Made by a program: the position numbers and the translations under genes | Assembly (NCBI RefSeq): GCF_006345805.1 | Contig: NC_043005.1 | Span: 31,620,001-31,684,000 of the forward strand | DNA length: 64,000 nucleotides | Source of the DNA: Octopus sinensis | Taxonomy: Eukaryota | Direction of reading: 5' to 3' | Shown here: piece by piece, positions 23,573 to 38,231 of the stretch | How the letters are laid out: each line of letters opens with the position of its first letter | Position numbering within the stretch: the stretch's first letter is position 1 | Notes under the pieces: generated by a model | What the model was told of the DNA's origin: nothing | The model's input: only the letters and a program-made list of their open reading frames with translations | Databases searched by the model: none

Positions 23573-24231
23573 TATTATATATATATATATATACCGTCAC
23601 ACACGCGCACGCACATACACACATTACCATTTTGCATCTAGCTACCTTAATTATTTTCAGAGAGAATACTTACTCCTTCGAAAAACGGACATAGACATCA
23701 AGGTTATGATTTTAACTCGAAATATACTTTATAGTTAATAATTCCATTTATTAAACAAGTAAATCATAATTTTTCCAAATCGTTCAATATTGCAATTGAA
23801 AAATATTTTCGAATCAATTTTTTTAATAAACACAAGATTCTCATGACTTATTATGTCAGCAAAAATATTGCGCAAATTATAGCAACACATAATGTAAAAA
23901 TGATATCAAATTTCAAAAAAGTATCTATTATAATCAGAGTGGTATAAAAAATATTAAGCATAATAATGTCAAACGGAATTTTTAAAAAAATTCAAATAGC
24001 AGAGAACGCTAAGAATTTAAAAGTTGCTGAAAGGCAAACAACCTAATTTAACATTCCATTGGATGAAAAATATAAAATAAAACATTCCATCGAATAAAAA
24101 ATCCAACACGAAATAGAACAAAGATAAGGTTATCTAAAAGATTAAATAGAAATTAAGAACTTGGTTTAAATGAATTTGATTTTATTATGAATGATAAAAT
24201 TAAAAAGTAAGCATGAGAGAAATATAAAAAA

Positions 24232-24470
24232 CTAGCAGTATAGCCCGGCGCTGCCCGGGATTAGGTTAGGATTATTAAGCTAATCAAGCGCTTTGTTTCA
24301 AACCAAACTAAGTAACACCGATGTCAAATTTGAGCGAAATCTGTTGAAATTGATAAACGCTTGGCTGAAAATAGATTGCAGACAATTTAATTGGGAAATC
24401 CATAAGGAATCGTTTTATCGATTTTTCCACTCATCGATTGTTTTTTTTGGGGGGGGGGAGCGGGATTTAA
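24232..24470 (-). mobile_element. Helitron-like 3' end fragment
   Basis: Minus strand CCCGGGCAGCGCCGGG hairpin followed by TATACTGCTAG|T at 24232. The left boundary is supported; the right is approximate. Confidence 0.45.
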
Positions 24471-24732
24471 AGCATTCAAAGATCCTGTGAGGCCTAAGTA
24501 ACGCCGTTGACAAAGGAAAAGGGTCTTATGATCCTAATTCACAAACGCGTCCATAATTAATCGAAGACTGATTTCATTATTTCTCTTCTTTTTTGGCATG
24601 TGTGAGTTACAAATATTGTTGTCTGTGGAGACATATTTTTGTAGAAAAAGAAATAGTAGTCTTTTGGCTGCTATTTCTAAAATTTTCGATATGTGGTCAA
24701 GCAACTTGTTGCTAAACCCATATTGTTATAAT

Positions 24733-24817
<85 letters not shown>

Positions 24818-24832
24818 ACATACGAATACTTA

Positions 24833-25425
24833 CATATTCTCTCCTGGTGCTGTATAAATATCTGATGTGGTTTTAGAGTCAAGTTTTGACTGCTATCTCT
24901 AGCATGATGGTATCTTTAGATACCTTTAATTATAATTTTAATAATAATTATTACGTATGAGGTTTTTATTCCCATGCTGGCCACTTGATATGATCGGTAT
25001 TTGAAAAAACGATCTTATCCTTATTTATATAAATTTATATATTTACTTTGTCATTATATTCACTGCGGTGGTATTTTTACCATTCAGCACGTGGAGTTAA
25101 GACAGGCAATTATACTGGTCGTGTGCATACGTGCATATATATGTGTGTATGTGTGCGTATATGTAAGTATTCGTATGTTGTATGTATACATATATTTGTA
25201 ATTATGTACTATCTTGTGTATATTCTAACGATGAATCCAAGCATTTCTTATGCAGAGTTAAAAATCTAGATCTGGAATTATCCAATAATTTTTTCCTAGT
25301 TTATTTTGTCTCTTTCTCTTCTCTCCTGGTGCTGTATGAATATTTGATGTGGTTTTGAAGTCAAGTTTTGACTGCTATCTCTAACATGATGGTATCTTTT
25401 AGATATCCTTAATTATAATTATATA
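24833..25425 (+). repeat. ~482-nt unit with ~110-bp terminal direct repeats and a decayed hammerhead relic (25222-25278)
   Basis: CTCCTGGTGCTGTAT at 24841 and 25323. Relic: AUUCUA-[ACGAUGA]...[AAAA]-palindrome AUCUAGAU-C-UGGAAU. Confidence 0.6.
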
Positions 25426-26099
25426 TATACAATTTTAAAAAACGTGCAGTAAATAAACATACGAACATATGCTAAATACACAGACTCCTCTTCAGTTATT
25501 AGTCAGAGTCAAGCGCGATTTCGGCCATTATCGATAATATTGCTTCCATTCTGGAAGCACCGATAAGAAACTTGCCGGGAATGGGACCAAAACATAACAA
25601 AACGAGACGGGCTCGAGACGGGCTCGAGACGAGACCGTTAGTATACGGACGAGGGACAAAGCAACAAACAGAATAGAGCCTTAGGGCCACACGAAAACAA
25701 CAATTGAAATGATAATAATACATATGCAGCAAAAAAAAAACAAACTAAGGGTTGCAAGGAAATTTTTAAGGTCGTGAGCCGATATAGCCTCATAGAGATT
25801 AGATAACATGCTGGTCCCTATCTCTCTATCCCACCCCTCTCTTTCTCCCACTCCCCCTCTCTCTCTCTTATTATAGTGGTAGTACAAACTAAATTTTTCA
25901 AAACAATGATTATTTTTAATTTCAGCTCAATCTCCCATTGGTGGTATGCGCATATCAGACGCTATGGAGACTTTTTTGTAGGTCTTTTTGTTTTGGGAAA
26001 AACTGCGTCCAGTAGCTATCATCAGTATTTTGTTGGGTGCTGTATTTTTTTGTAGCTTATTAAAGCCCTAACATGCAGGCCAAACGCCCTACACCTAAA

Positions 26100-27335
26100 G
26101 CTTCTGGCAGTGAACCTAAGCGTTAGTAAAAGGCTATGACGTTCCATGTGAAGGCATAACTGCTGTATATGATTTGGAAAGGTAATGGTTATGCTGCAGT
26201 AGGTCGCTATTATGTTGTTAACGAAAGCACCATACGCTACATAAAGAAGAACAAGGTGGCGATCAGGGCTATTGCAGCAGTAAGTTTCTGGGAAAGTGCC
26301 AAAAAGATAACTACAGTGAGAAATAAGCACTTCGTCAGAATGGAATCTGCCTTGACATTGTAGATCAGTGACTGGCAAGAAGAACATTATCCGCGAGAAA
26401 GCGTGGAAATTATATCAGCAGTTGGCCAGAGAATACGGAGCACATGGCACCGAAGAACCGCAACCAAGACTATTGACAGCACCGGAGCCCGAAGATTTTC
26501 AAAGCAGCAAGGGATGGTTTGATCGTTTAAAATAAAGTGTGTTTCCCTGCATGGAGAGACAGCATCAGCTGACAAAGAAACCGTCGAGAAGTACCTCGAG
26601 ACCTACAGGAAGTTCATCGAGTACAAGGGATACAAGGTGGAACAGGTTTTCAATATGAACGAGATTGGCTTGTTCTGGAAGGCTTCTTACAGAACGCATA
26701 TCATGAAGGACGAAGCCAGAGCCCCAGAATTTAAGGTACAGGTGGTCAGTGTGATGCGAATTACGTGTGGCAATGCTGCTGACTTCATGATGAAATCAGG
26801 ACTTATCTACAAGTCCGCGAACCCAAGAACCTTGTAAAATAAAAATTAAAAGCCTATTGCCTGTCCACTGAATGCACAACCCCAAGGCTTGGATTACCAA
26901 AAGTCTAAGTTTGAACTGGTTCTACCACTGCGTCATCCCTCAAACCAAGGAATACCTCCAAAATATTTGCATGGAATTCGAGGTGTCACTTGTTGTGGAT
27001 AATGCTGGAGGTCACTCTTTGGATTTGAATCACGAGGGAGTCCAAGTTGAGTTCCTCCCTGCCAACACCACTTTATTCATCCAGCTTATGGATCAAGACA
27101 TCATCCGTGCCTTCAAAGCACTTCATGCTCAGAGCTCTCTCCATCACCTTGTGAACGCAGTGGATTCGAACAAGAATTTCAAGTTAAAGGAGTACTGGCG
27201 TAACTTCATGATCACAATGTGCCTGTCTGTCATCCATGCTGTTCTTAAAGACATGAAAATAGAAATCGTTATCGTATGCTGGAAGAAGGTGTGGCCAGAG
27301 TGTATCCAGGATTACGACTTCTCACCTGATGGTAT
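26100..27335 (+). pseudogene. pogo/Tigger-type DDE transposase, decayed and 3'-truncated by the (TTA)n/Dong cluster
   Basis: YAAVGRYYVVNESTIRYIK, FVRMESALTL, FQSSKGWFDRF, EQVFNMNEIGLFWK, NPKAWIT, VVDNAGGH, FLPANTT..IQLMDQDIIRAFKA. Confidence 0.85.
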
Positions 27336-27339
27336 TAAG

Positions 27340-28730
<1,391 letters not shown>

Positions 28731-28742
28731 TATTATTATTAA

Positions 28743-28813
<71 letters not shown>

Positions 28814-28815
<2 letters not shown>

Positions 28816-29250
28816 CTTCTTTCTTCAAATTTTCTTCCGTTTCTCGCCGAGTGTTTTCCGTACACCTAGGGCAGAGCAGCTCATTGTATGCATTCCCAGA
28901 TTACACACACAAATTCACAGGTAAAACATGTATTAAAAAAATTAATAAATAAATTCATGAATGGATGTTGTTTTCGCAGCGATAATTCTCTTCTCAGTAC
29001 ATGAGCCGTTCCAGTTAACACGATTTTTTGCACTTCCTGTAGGGATGGTAAGCCTGGTATCATTTTCAAATAGGTTTCACTATCTTTTTTTATCATTCCT
29101 ACAATCACTGGTACTATAGTCACCTTGAGATGCCACATTTTTTCAATTTCTATTAGCAAGTCTTTATATTTGCTAATCTTGTCAAATTCTTTCGCCGCTA
29201 TATTGTGATCGCAAGGAATACTCATGTCAATTAATAAACACATATTTTTA
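28814..29250 (-). mobile_element. Second RLE LINE subfamily 3' fragment within a (TAA)n array
   Basis: CLLIDMSIPCDHNIAAKEFDKISKYKDLLIEIEKMWHLKVTIVPVIVG..QEVQKIVLTGTAHVLRR. Confidence 0.8.
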
Positions 29251-29257
29251 TTATTAA

Positions 29258-29317
<60 letters not shown>

Positions 29318-29399
29318 GTGTGTGTGTGTGTGTGGTGTGTGTGTGTGTGTGTGTGTATGTATGCATATGTATGTATGTATAAACTAAAAGTTAATTACT

Positions 29400-30105
29400 A
29401 ATATAGTCCTGGAAGGGACGTTGTTATTGTTCATTAGCTCCAAGAAACATTGTTTCTAGCTGGTTATACGACACACTATCTGTGTCCTTATATTTTCGAA
29501 CCGGGAATTCAGCATCCCCACCCAGCACAAAGCAACATCTGTGGACTAGTTTCAGAGTTGTTGCTCTTCATCAACACAGCGTAGCTGATTGGCTAGGTGG
29601 CGCTGCTGGATTCACTGTTCGAATATATAGATTTCAAAGTGACACAGATAGTGTGTCGTATAACTAACTAGAAACGATGTTTTTTAGAGCTAATGAACAG
29701 TAACAACGTTCCTTCCAGGACAGCGTTATTATATTGGCAATTAGATTCTACTTTAAAGAATTGTTACTGAATGTCTCTCTCTGAGAGATTTAGAAATAAT
29801 ACTATTTCTATTTATAGATCAGTAACTGTGTGTCACTTTGAAATCTATATATTCGAACCGTGAATTCAGCAGCGCCACCAACCAAGTGTTGATGAAGAGC
29901 AATAACCCTGAAATTAGTCCATAAATGTTGTTTTGTGTTGCATGGGGAATTCCCGGTTCAAAAATATAAGGACATAGTGTGTCGCAAAGCCAGCTAGAAA
30001 GGATGTTTCATGGGGCTAATGAACAGTAACAACATCCCTTCCAGGACATCCATATTATGTTGGCAATTAGCTTTTACTTTAAAGAGCTGCTACTGAATGT
30101 CTAGT
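29400..30105. repeat. Inverted plus partial-tandem pLTR-like unit (direct period ~326 nt) carrying two hammerhead copies
   Basis: 29404-29640 is the reverse complement of 29826-30050; 29645-29770 repeats at 29975-30100. Confidence 0.8.
29539..29579 (-). ncRNA. Minimal type I hammerhead, U3 variant, all stems perfect
   Basis: CUGUG-UUGAUGA-AGAG(caacaa)CUCU-GAA-ACUAGU-C-CACAG. A degenerate second copy lies on + at 29886-29922. Confidence 0.8.
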
Positions 30106-30120
30106 ATTTCTCTCTCTCTC

Positions 30121-30174
<54 letters not shown>

Positions 30175-31633
30175 GCAATGCATTCCGACGTTGCCCAGAG
30201 GTTATGACCTACAAGCACATTGTATTATTTGCTCCTTCGTTATGGGCAGAATCGGCACAGTTGATATATAATTAATAGAATAATGGATGTCATTTTTTAC
30301 TTAATAGTGATGGGCGGGGGTACAAATTGCATGGGTTTGCCAGAAAGTGCTTTCTTTTCTTAAGAAGGATCAGAAACTATGTATTGTTTCATCGTATAAA
30401 AGGGGGTTAATACGATTTTGTCTAGAAATCACTTTTTAATTTCCCTCTATTCCCACCGCGATTTCTTAATTTGTAATTTTTTCTCAATTTTTTTTTTGTT
30501 ATCTACGTAGAAAAATACAGAGATTACGAATCTGGGAAATATATATATATTTTCTCTTATAGTTTAATGTTTCTTAAAGAAACACTCAAAGCTGCTTCCC
30601 CCACCTTGCCGACCCATCACCTACTAGTTTTCAAAAAAGCTAAAATCTTCCAATCTTTAACTTTTGTCTGATGTTTCTCACATGCGTAGAATTCTACTGA
30701 AATATTATACTTTAAAAATACCAGACCACCACCAGAAAACCCGACATGCTAGAAACAACAGGTAAACGACATTATTTCTTAAGAAACTTTACTGTTTTCC
30801 AAAAAGCTAAAAGTGATACATTGGGAGTGTGTAGCATTTTGAGAGTGATGAGTTAATGGATAAAATTCTTAAGGATTCGTACTCTCTGTTTTTTCTCCAT
30901 GGATTAGCAAGAATGAAAATTTGAAAAAAGGAAAAAGTTGAATTGGTGTGGAGAGGGAGAAAATTAAAATATTGAGAACGTGATTTGTGGGTGAAATCCT
31001 AAACTCCTGTATCGCAAACATGGGAATCAGAAGAAATTTATGGAACAAAATAAGAGGCGACGGAAATTTCACCACAGACATGCTAGAAAGATAGGGAAAG
31101 GACAGGATTTCTGGGAAAACTTTCTTTTAAGTTTAAATCGAAGATCAGGTTTTTAAATACGCTCATCATAATCACAAATTAAACAACAGAAAAAATTAAT
31201 TTCAAATGGGTTTGAGCTGTAAATTTTCAGGTGCACATTGCAAGAATTAACATAATTCGCACAGAAGTTTTACCTAGAGTGTGTGTATGCATGTGTATGT
31301 GTCAAAGGAAGTTATTTTATGGCGTTCTTTCATTTGAAAAAGCAAAGTTGTCAACTCGACATATATGGGATCATATGATTGTTAATTTCCGTAAAATTGT
31401 TTTAATTTCCATATGCTCTGAAGAGAGCAGAAATTGAAAAACAGGATAAAGTGAAAAGACAGCATTTGCTTTGAAGTGAGAGGAAAAAGTGTAATAAGGT
31501 GTACGTGTATATGAAATGGACGTGTATGTGAGAGAGTGAGAAAGAGAGAGTGAGAAAGAAAGAGAGTGAGTGAAAGTGTGTGTTGTAACGTATGAAATTT
31601 TTTGCATGCATGAGCAAGTGGCACTCACTCACA

Positions 31634-31682
<49 letters not shown>

Positions 31683-32575
31683 GCATACATTATCTCTCAT
31701 ATACACTTACACAAACAGGCAGAGGTGAAGCATATGCACACCACCCGTTTTTGGCGTAACCCTAATCCTAATCACCAGGAGTGCGTATTCTTGACCTTCG
31801 CCCATAAATACATAAGCATAATCTTTTTTGCGAGTGAGAGAGAGAGAGAGAGTTAGAGAGAGAGAAGCTGTATTTCCTCATAACATATAGAAAATAGATG
31901 TCTTTTAATGCAATCTTTTTGGTTGTGGCTTATTTTAATACAATATTTATGTGTACATTTTCATAAATGTTTGTCTGAGCAGAATTCTACGCATGTGTTG
32001 AACATCGAACATCAAAATATTGTCCGAAAATGACCTCAAAATTATGCGACCCGACCTACTTGCCGAGGTTATTTTAGTTGTAAAAAAGAGTTGTTGAGTC
32101 AAAAACATTGTTTATTTGGTAGATAGATCATAATCAGCTTTCTTTATTATAATACACTCGTGACTAATTTAATTCGGAGAAGCATTGCTTCCATTATTCA
32201 CACATCGTCACTTTCGTAATGCAACACTTTGTAATTTTGGTTCAAATTGAAAGTGTAAAACTATTTTCACTTCCTAATGAAACATGATCGCCGTAGAGAA
32301 GTGAATGTGAAATAACTATAGCTGGTAGAAAATATGTAAATGGAAATAAAGTTTATTTGACATGTGTAATTGATTTGATAGTTCTGGAAGGCGGCGAGCT
32401 GGCAGAATCGTTTTTTTTTTAGATATATTTGCGAGTATTGCGAGTGGTGTTAAATCAGCCAAATCTTCATGTTGATAGTACTTGAAAGTGAACGTTGTTC
32501 TTTCCAGTCCAGACCGTAAGTAACTTTCAATAACGGCGCGTTTCACTGTTGGGGGAGGTTACATACATAAACTAA

Positions 32576-32632
<57 letters not shown>

Positions 32633-33268
32633 CACGTACACGTACATTAATGTACACTTGAAGCCTATCTTTGTCCCTGTATGTATCTGTCTCCGTTTTT
32701 AGATATGTGTGTGTTTGTGTGTATATCAGTCGTCACAAAAGTGTATTATACTGACAGACACATACACCGCCACACACATATACTTGTCAGTCATCGGCCT
32801 AACGCGAACACGTATAGAAAATGTGACGTCATCGTCGTTGTAGTGGTGGTGGTAAAATATCTCGTTTACGATAGATGACTAAAAGAAAAATGATAATCCT
32901 AAATTTTTGTAATGCGAATAAGTGAATGAAAATATAGTTTAGTTGGTAGCCAAAAGCTTAAGAAATCTTTTTGAATGCATAAGGAACATACGCACACACA
33001 CACACACACACACACGCGCGCGCGCGCATACATATATAAGATAAATATATACATATAAATAGAAATACTATATATTTGTCATGTATTTCAACTGCTGAAA
33101 GGCTGTCACCGTGGAGAAAAAATCTCGCACATATATATATTTATAATATTTTATGTTATATTTTGACATTTATAGACATTTTTATGGACCACGTCCAATA
33201 TTCGCGTTTTTTCACTATTCACGGCTGCTCTAGGAGCGTAACCCTCGCGAATACCGGGGGACTACTGG

Positions 33269-33335
<67 letters not shown>

Positions 33336-33375
33336 TATATATATATATACACATATATATATACACACAGTAGTT

Positions 33376-33415
<40 letters not shown>

Positions 33416-33449
33416 AAGCATTGGCGTAAAGCAGTCTATAGTTAGGAGA

Positions 33450-33822
33450 AGAATTTAGGTTAATTGAAATGTTATCACATATTTCAACTGCGAAAAGACA
33501 AATACACTGAAGTTACCGTGTAGATAAAATATCTTTTATGGTAAAAAGGTATGCAGACACTCAGTTCGTTCAATGTCGCCATCTGTTAGGAATCCAAGAC
33601 ATCGATGTTTCGACTTTTGACTCTTGTCAATGTGATGTACCTAAGAGAGGCGACTCCAGATTTGCCTGACAAAAACTCGAAACATTGATGTCTTGGATTC
33701 CTAACAGACGGCGACACTGAACGAAATGAGTGTTTTCACACCATTTTACCCAGTAACTGAAGTGTATTTGCCCTGTAGCAATTGAAATATGTGACAAATA
33801 TATTTCAACTAACCTAAATTCT
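33450..33822. repeat. Imperfect foldback (arms 33450-33619 / 33670-33822)
   Basis: Reverse-complement arms, e.g. GGAATCCAAGACATCGATGTTTCG / CGAAACATTGATGTCTTGGATTCC. Related fragments at ~33065-33115 and ~60490-60570. Confidence 0.8.
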
Positions 33823-34604
33823 GCTCATATATATATATATATATATATCTGTTTGACACGCAGTAACCGACAGCAGAATATTATAGTCGAGTCCTGCTGC
33901 GTGTCCTGACAATATATTCCTACTTTGCGAATAAAAGTGTAAGGGGGCCGTGGCCATTTGAGTGGCGATAAGCGTTTTTATTTGTTAATTTTCAATTCAA
34001 TCAACCGATGAGTGATTGTTTGGTATGTAGCTTCAGCGATAATTTGGCATGTAGCTATCTTCGATCGTGGATTTTGTGTTAGTCATTTTTGTCTTTCTTT
34101 GTTGCATGGTATGTCGTTTTAGATTTTGCGAATGATTTTCTAAAATGAATATTTTAAGTTTTGGTTTTAGGATTTTCTAAAAATTAGTATTATTAATGTT
34201 TTTTTTTTTAAATATTTATGCTTTTACTAACATACTGAAATTACATCTAATCAACACTGTTTGTAGCTATTCTCGTAAATTGCTAAAAACCTTTTCCCAG
34301 CCTTAAGCATTCTTGGTCAATTATTCTTGTCGAGATGGTCTATCTTCTCTCATACACTTTTATTGTAATTTAATTTTGTATTACCTTATATCTATAAAAG
34401 AGAGTTTGTACGTATGTGTGTGCGCGCGTGTGTGTTTATGTGTGCGTGCGTGTGAGTGTGTGTGTGTTCCTTATGCATTCCAAAACCAGGTTTTCGATTT
34501 TGTCGTATAGGGTATCAAAAGATTCAGTATTCTTATGGTTATCAATTAAACATTACTTTCTAGACATATTTGCATTACAAAAATTTAACATTATAATCTT
34601 TTCC

Positions 34605-34784
34605 TTAACCCCTTACCCAACAATTATTTTGAAAATAAATGTATTTTTTCAGACATATTTTTTAATTGTTTTATTTTACTAAGATTTTGGCGAGTCTATC
34701 TTTTGACGAGTTAACTCGCCAGAGATAGAAAAAAACGATTTCGGTCAAAACGCATATGTTCGTTTCTGCCGGGTAAGGGGTTAA
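34605..34784. mobile_element. piggyBac-type MITE (172 bp) with TTAA target-site duplication
   Basis: TTAA|CCCCTTACCC ... GGGTAAGGGG|TTAA. Confidence 0.85.
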
Positions 34785-37199
34785 GTCAGCTCTCGTGAAC
34801 ATTTTATACCACCACATCGACGTCACATTTTCTATATGAGTGCGTATGCGTCTGTCAGTGTGTCAGTGTGTATTTGCGCATTCCTTATATACGTCAGGCT
34901 GATGACTGACAAGTATATGTGTTTGAGGGTATATGTGTGCGTGACTATACATATATTTTTGTGAGAACTCACACACACACATGCATGTTGTTGTATGTCA
35001 GAGTCTGTGTATGTGCGAGTGCATGTGTCATAATTTTTATGAAATGCACCGATTTTGAAAGAGTTTGGTTTAATTACTGCTTGGACGTTCAACGAATAAC
35101 AGCTCTCATTTTCGATTACCACTGTGTGCATTTTTATTTTCATCATGGAGAGTTGCGGTTTAAACGGCATTAACGATTATCACTAATGAGCCGAAATATT
35201 ATTCTGGTTTTTATAACCTACGTGAAATTTTAGCTGATTTGACAGTATTCAAAACACTCGCATATATCTCGGAAGCTTGGCGAAGTAGAAAGCCTTACAA
35301 TATAATTACAGAAATGTTATTCCAGTCCTTATAACCAGTTTGAAAATAATACTTTTTTAACAGTCCTAGCATCCTTATCGTATAGCCTTACACAATAAGT
35401 GATGTCAAATGAATTTATGTCTTGCTTCATACATCCTTCAGTAAATGTTTTTAATTAATTAACGTTCACAACAGTAAGATATTCCTTTCTACATACCTTG
35501 TTCAGCGTTCGTTTCAAAATTGTAAAATGATAAATTATTTTTGTATGAAAAATTGAATTATGCCTTCTGAATTTTCTTGGACTTTCACTTTTTTCACCGT
35601 GACATTCAATCCTGAATTTTATAACATTTGGTACATGTTCCAAATAAATGTTGACTTTCTATACTTTGTTGCTTTCGTGACGCATAGTAATTTTGGAAGA
35701 TTCATTTATTTTTCATTTCAGTAAGAAAAAGGTTTTTAAAAGGATCTCATGTATCATGGTGAGAGAAACAAATTCATAAATACGGTGTTGAATCTACTTT
35801 CACTGTGGAAAAAAGTTAAAGGCGATTTAGCTGTTGTGTTTAGCACAACACCGTTGGGATCTTTTCTTTAAAATCTATTATTTAAATGAAAAATAAATAA
35901 ATCTAAAAATTGTTTTAAAAACTTATTTCGGAAAGACTTCCTTTTGTACCCCCAACCCCACAATTTTTTTTAAAAGACATTAGATATGTTGGTAAATTGA
36001 TTTCCTATATTTTATATTTATAATAATGATGAGAAAGTCATAAAAATCATGAATCTCTATTTAAAAAACTTAATTTCTGTACTATTTATATTCATGTCCC
36101 AAGGAGGATAATATGAATCTGGTCCCACCATTGAGGTATGCTATCCGTGGTGAATAACTGCCGTTTTTTTTTACTTTTGGGAGGTTGTGGGTCGAGTTTG
36201 GAGCTTCTATGACGATTTTCGTTATAATGTTGGAAAGTCATATCACTCGACCACTTTTTGGAACTATTTTATCTTTCCGTATGATAATAAACAAATACAA
36301 CAATTTTTTATCGACTTTATCTTACATTTTTTTACTATTGTGACAGTCACACTATTTCAATTGGTCGGTGTTTGGGTGTCCGTGTATTAGAGGCTGCCAC
36401 ACCATTAGAAGAAATACGGTACATATATAAAATACTACCAGCGTTGCCTTTTTAAGTACAAAACTAGAATTGAAAAATGCACATGCTCAAAAGGATTACA
36501 GAATGTCATTATAAGCCTTAAAAAGTATGGGACTAGCATTATTGCTCAAAAATATTGGAATCACTATATGTTGTACATTCTGTGGCATCTTAAAACGAAA
36601 AGAAACTCATGTGTGAATTAGATGTCACGATAATTATTAAACCGAATTCTTGATATAAAAATTTGAAAATGTAAAAAATATGATCTTTAATTTCAAATAA
36701 GTAAATTCATTATAATACTCTTTATACCAGAGTATATTTAAAAAACCATGTTTCACTTTGCATGCAACTTACCATGATAATAAAAAAAAACTGGATTTAT
36801 GATGAAGTCGAATCTATATAAAAGCGAAAATACGAAACCGAAATAATTATAAGCAAAGACAATTCGCGTCATGATACACATGTTAATGGAATAGTTATGC
36901 AAATTAAACAAATTATAACTAAATTATTTTTGTTTGATTACTTGTAAATTTATAAAAAAATATCATTCATAGATTGAATGGCTGAAAAAGAAGTGTGCAG
37001 ACCCTTCAGCTTATCATAAGTACTATAGGAAAGATACGGTGAAATCATTGTCGTTCCATCAGACATCTGGATGCCACAGCAAAAAGAAGCTGAACATCGA
37101 TGTATCGAGTGCTGAAGGAGAATATCAGGATCCACTCCCACAGGATGATCTGCCTTCATAAGCTCATGTAAGTTTATAGGGACATTGGAGAGAAGTCGT

Positions 37200-37797
37200 C
37201 TTATCTTGTGTCAGAAAGCTGAAGTCACGCTGCACTGATGAAATGAAATTTGACATCGAACAGACAATAAGCCACCAGAATAACTGACTTTGGAATGCAT
37301 TTGGCTCTACCGAGGGTAGGCACGTAAATCGATGTCAAAAGTCCACAGTCAGTTATGGTCCGACAACCACTGGAAGGTCTCCCTTAGTTTTGTATTAAAA
37401 TTAATACCCAGCGATACCTTAGCGACATTATGGAAGCTGAACTGCATCCATAGGCGAATAAGCACTTTCAAGGCACACCTTGAAGCCTTCAACAGGACTC
37501 AGCACCATCCCACAGCTCCAAACAGACACAACTTTGGATTTAGAAAAACATACCGTCGTTTTCAGGCTGAAATGTATGGTTCTGAATAATCCCAGATCTC
37601 AACCCATTGGATTTTCTGTTTCGTCTATTCTGGAGACGAGGGTTTTGAGCACTCCTCATGCTTCGCTCGTTGCTCTGAAGGCAAAACTGCATCAGTAATG
37701 GGCTTCGATTCTGGAGAACAGCTGCGTACTGTATGTGAAGCATTCACACCTAGACTTTGAGACTGAGATTCGAAACAGAAGTGGTTATATCGAATAA
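37200..37797 (+). mobile_element. Tc1/mariner DD37D (maT-like) transposase remnant
   Basis: QQDSAPSHSSKQTQLWI, PDLNPLDF, SILETRVLSTPHASLVALKAKLHQ and GYIE*, frameshifted. Confidence 0.8.
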
Positions 37798-37920
37798 ATG
37801 TGGTAGTATCATAATTGTGCTTCCTTTACCATTGCATTGCAACGCTCGGACCCGAAATATAACAATATCATGCTTTGGCAAATTTTTTTTTAAATTGTTT
37901 GCCTTAATTTTGGGACACCC

Positions 37921-38015
<95 letters not shown>

Positions 38016-38188
38016 ATAAATATTAGGGAATAAATCCAAATTTACAGGAAAAAATCAGATTTAGGATTAAATCGATTTTATAGTAAAATATTATAAAATA
38101 TTATTCGAGACAAAACCACTATTTTGCAAAACAAACAAGGAAAGACTTAATCAATACATAAAATTTTAATAAATAGTCAAAAAAACCG

Positions 38189-38231
38189 CCACTACAATCG
38201 TTTCTTGTCTTGATCGACAATCTTCAGGTGG
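38189..38231 (-). ncRNA. Intact minimal type I hammerhead ribozyme
   Basis: CCAC-CUGAAGA-UUGUC(gaucaa)GACAA-GAA-AC(GAUU)GU-A-GUGG. All core nucleotides present, GUA triplet, and ACGAUUGU is self-complementary with G-U pairs. Confidence 0.85.

Noticed and set aside
25440-25890. Possible solo LTR
   Set aside because: LTR-like composition and a short CTCGAGACGGG duplication, but no matching TG...CA termini or TSD could be fixed.
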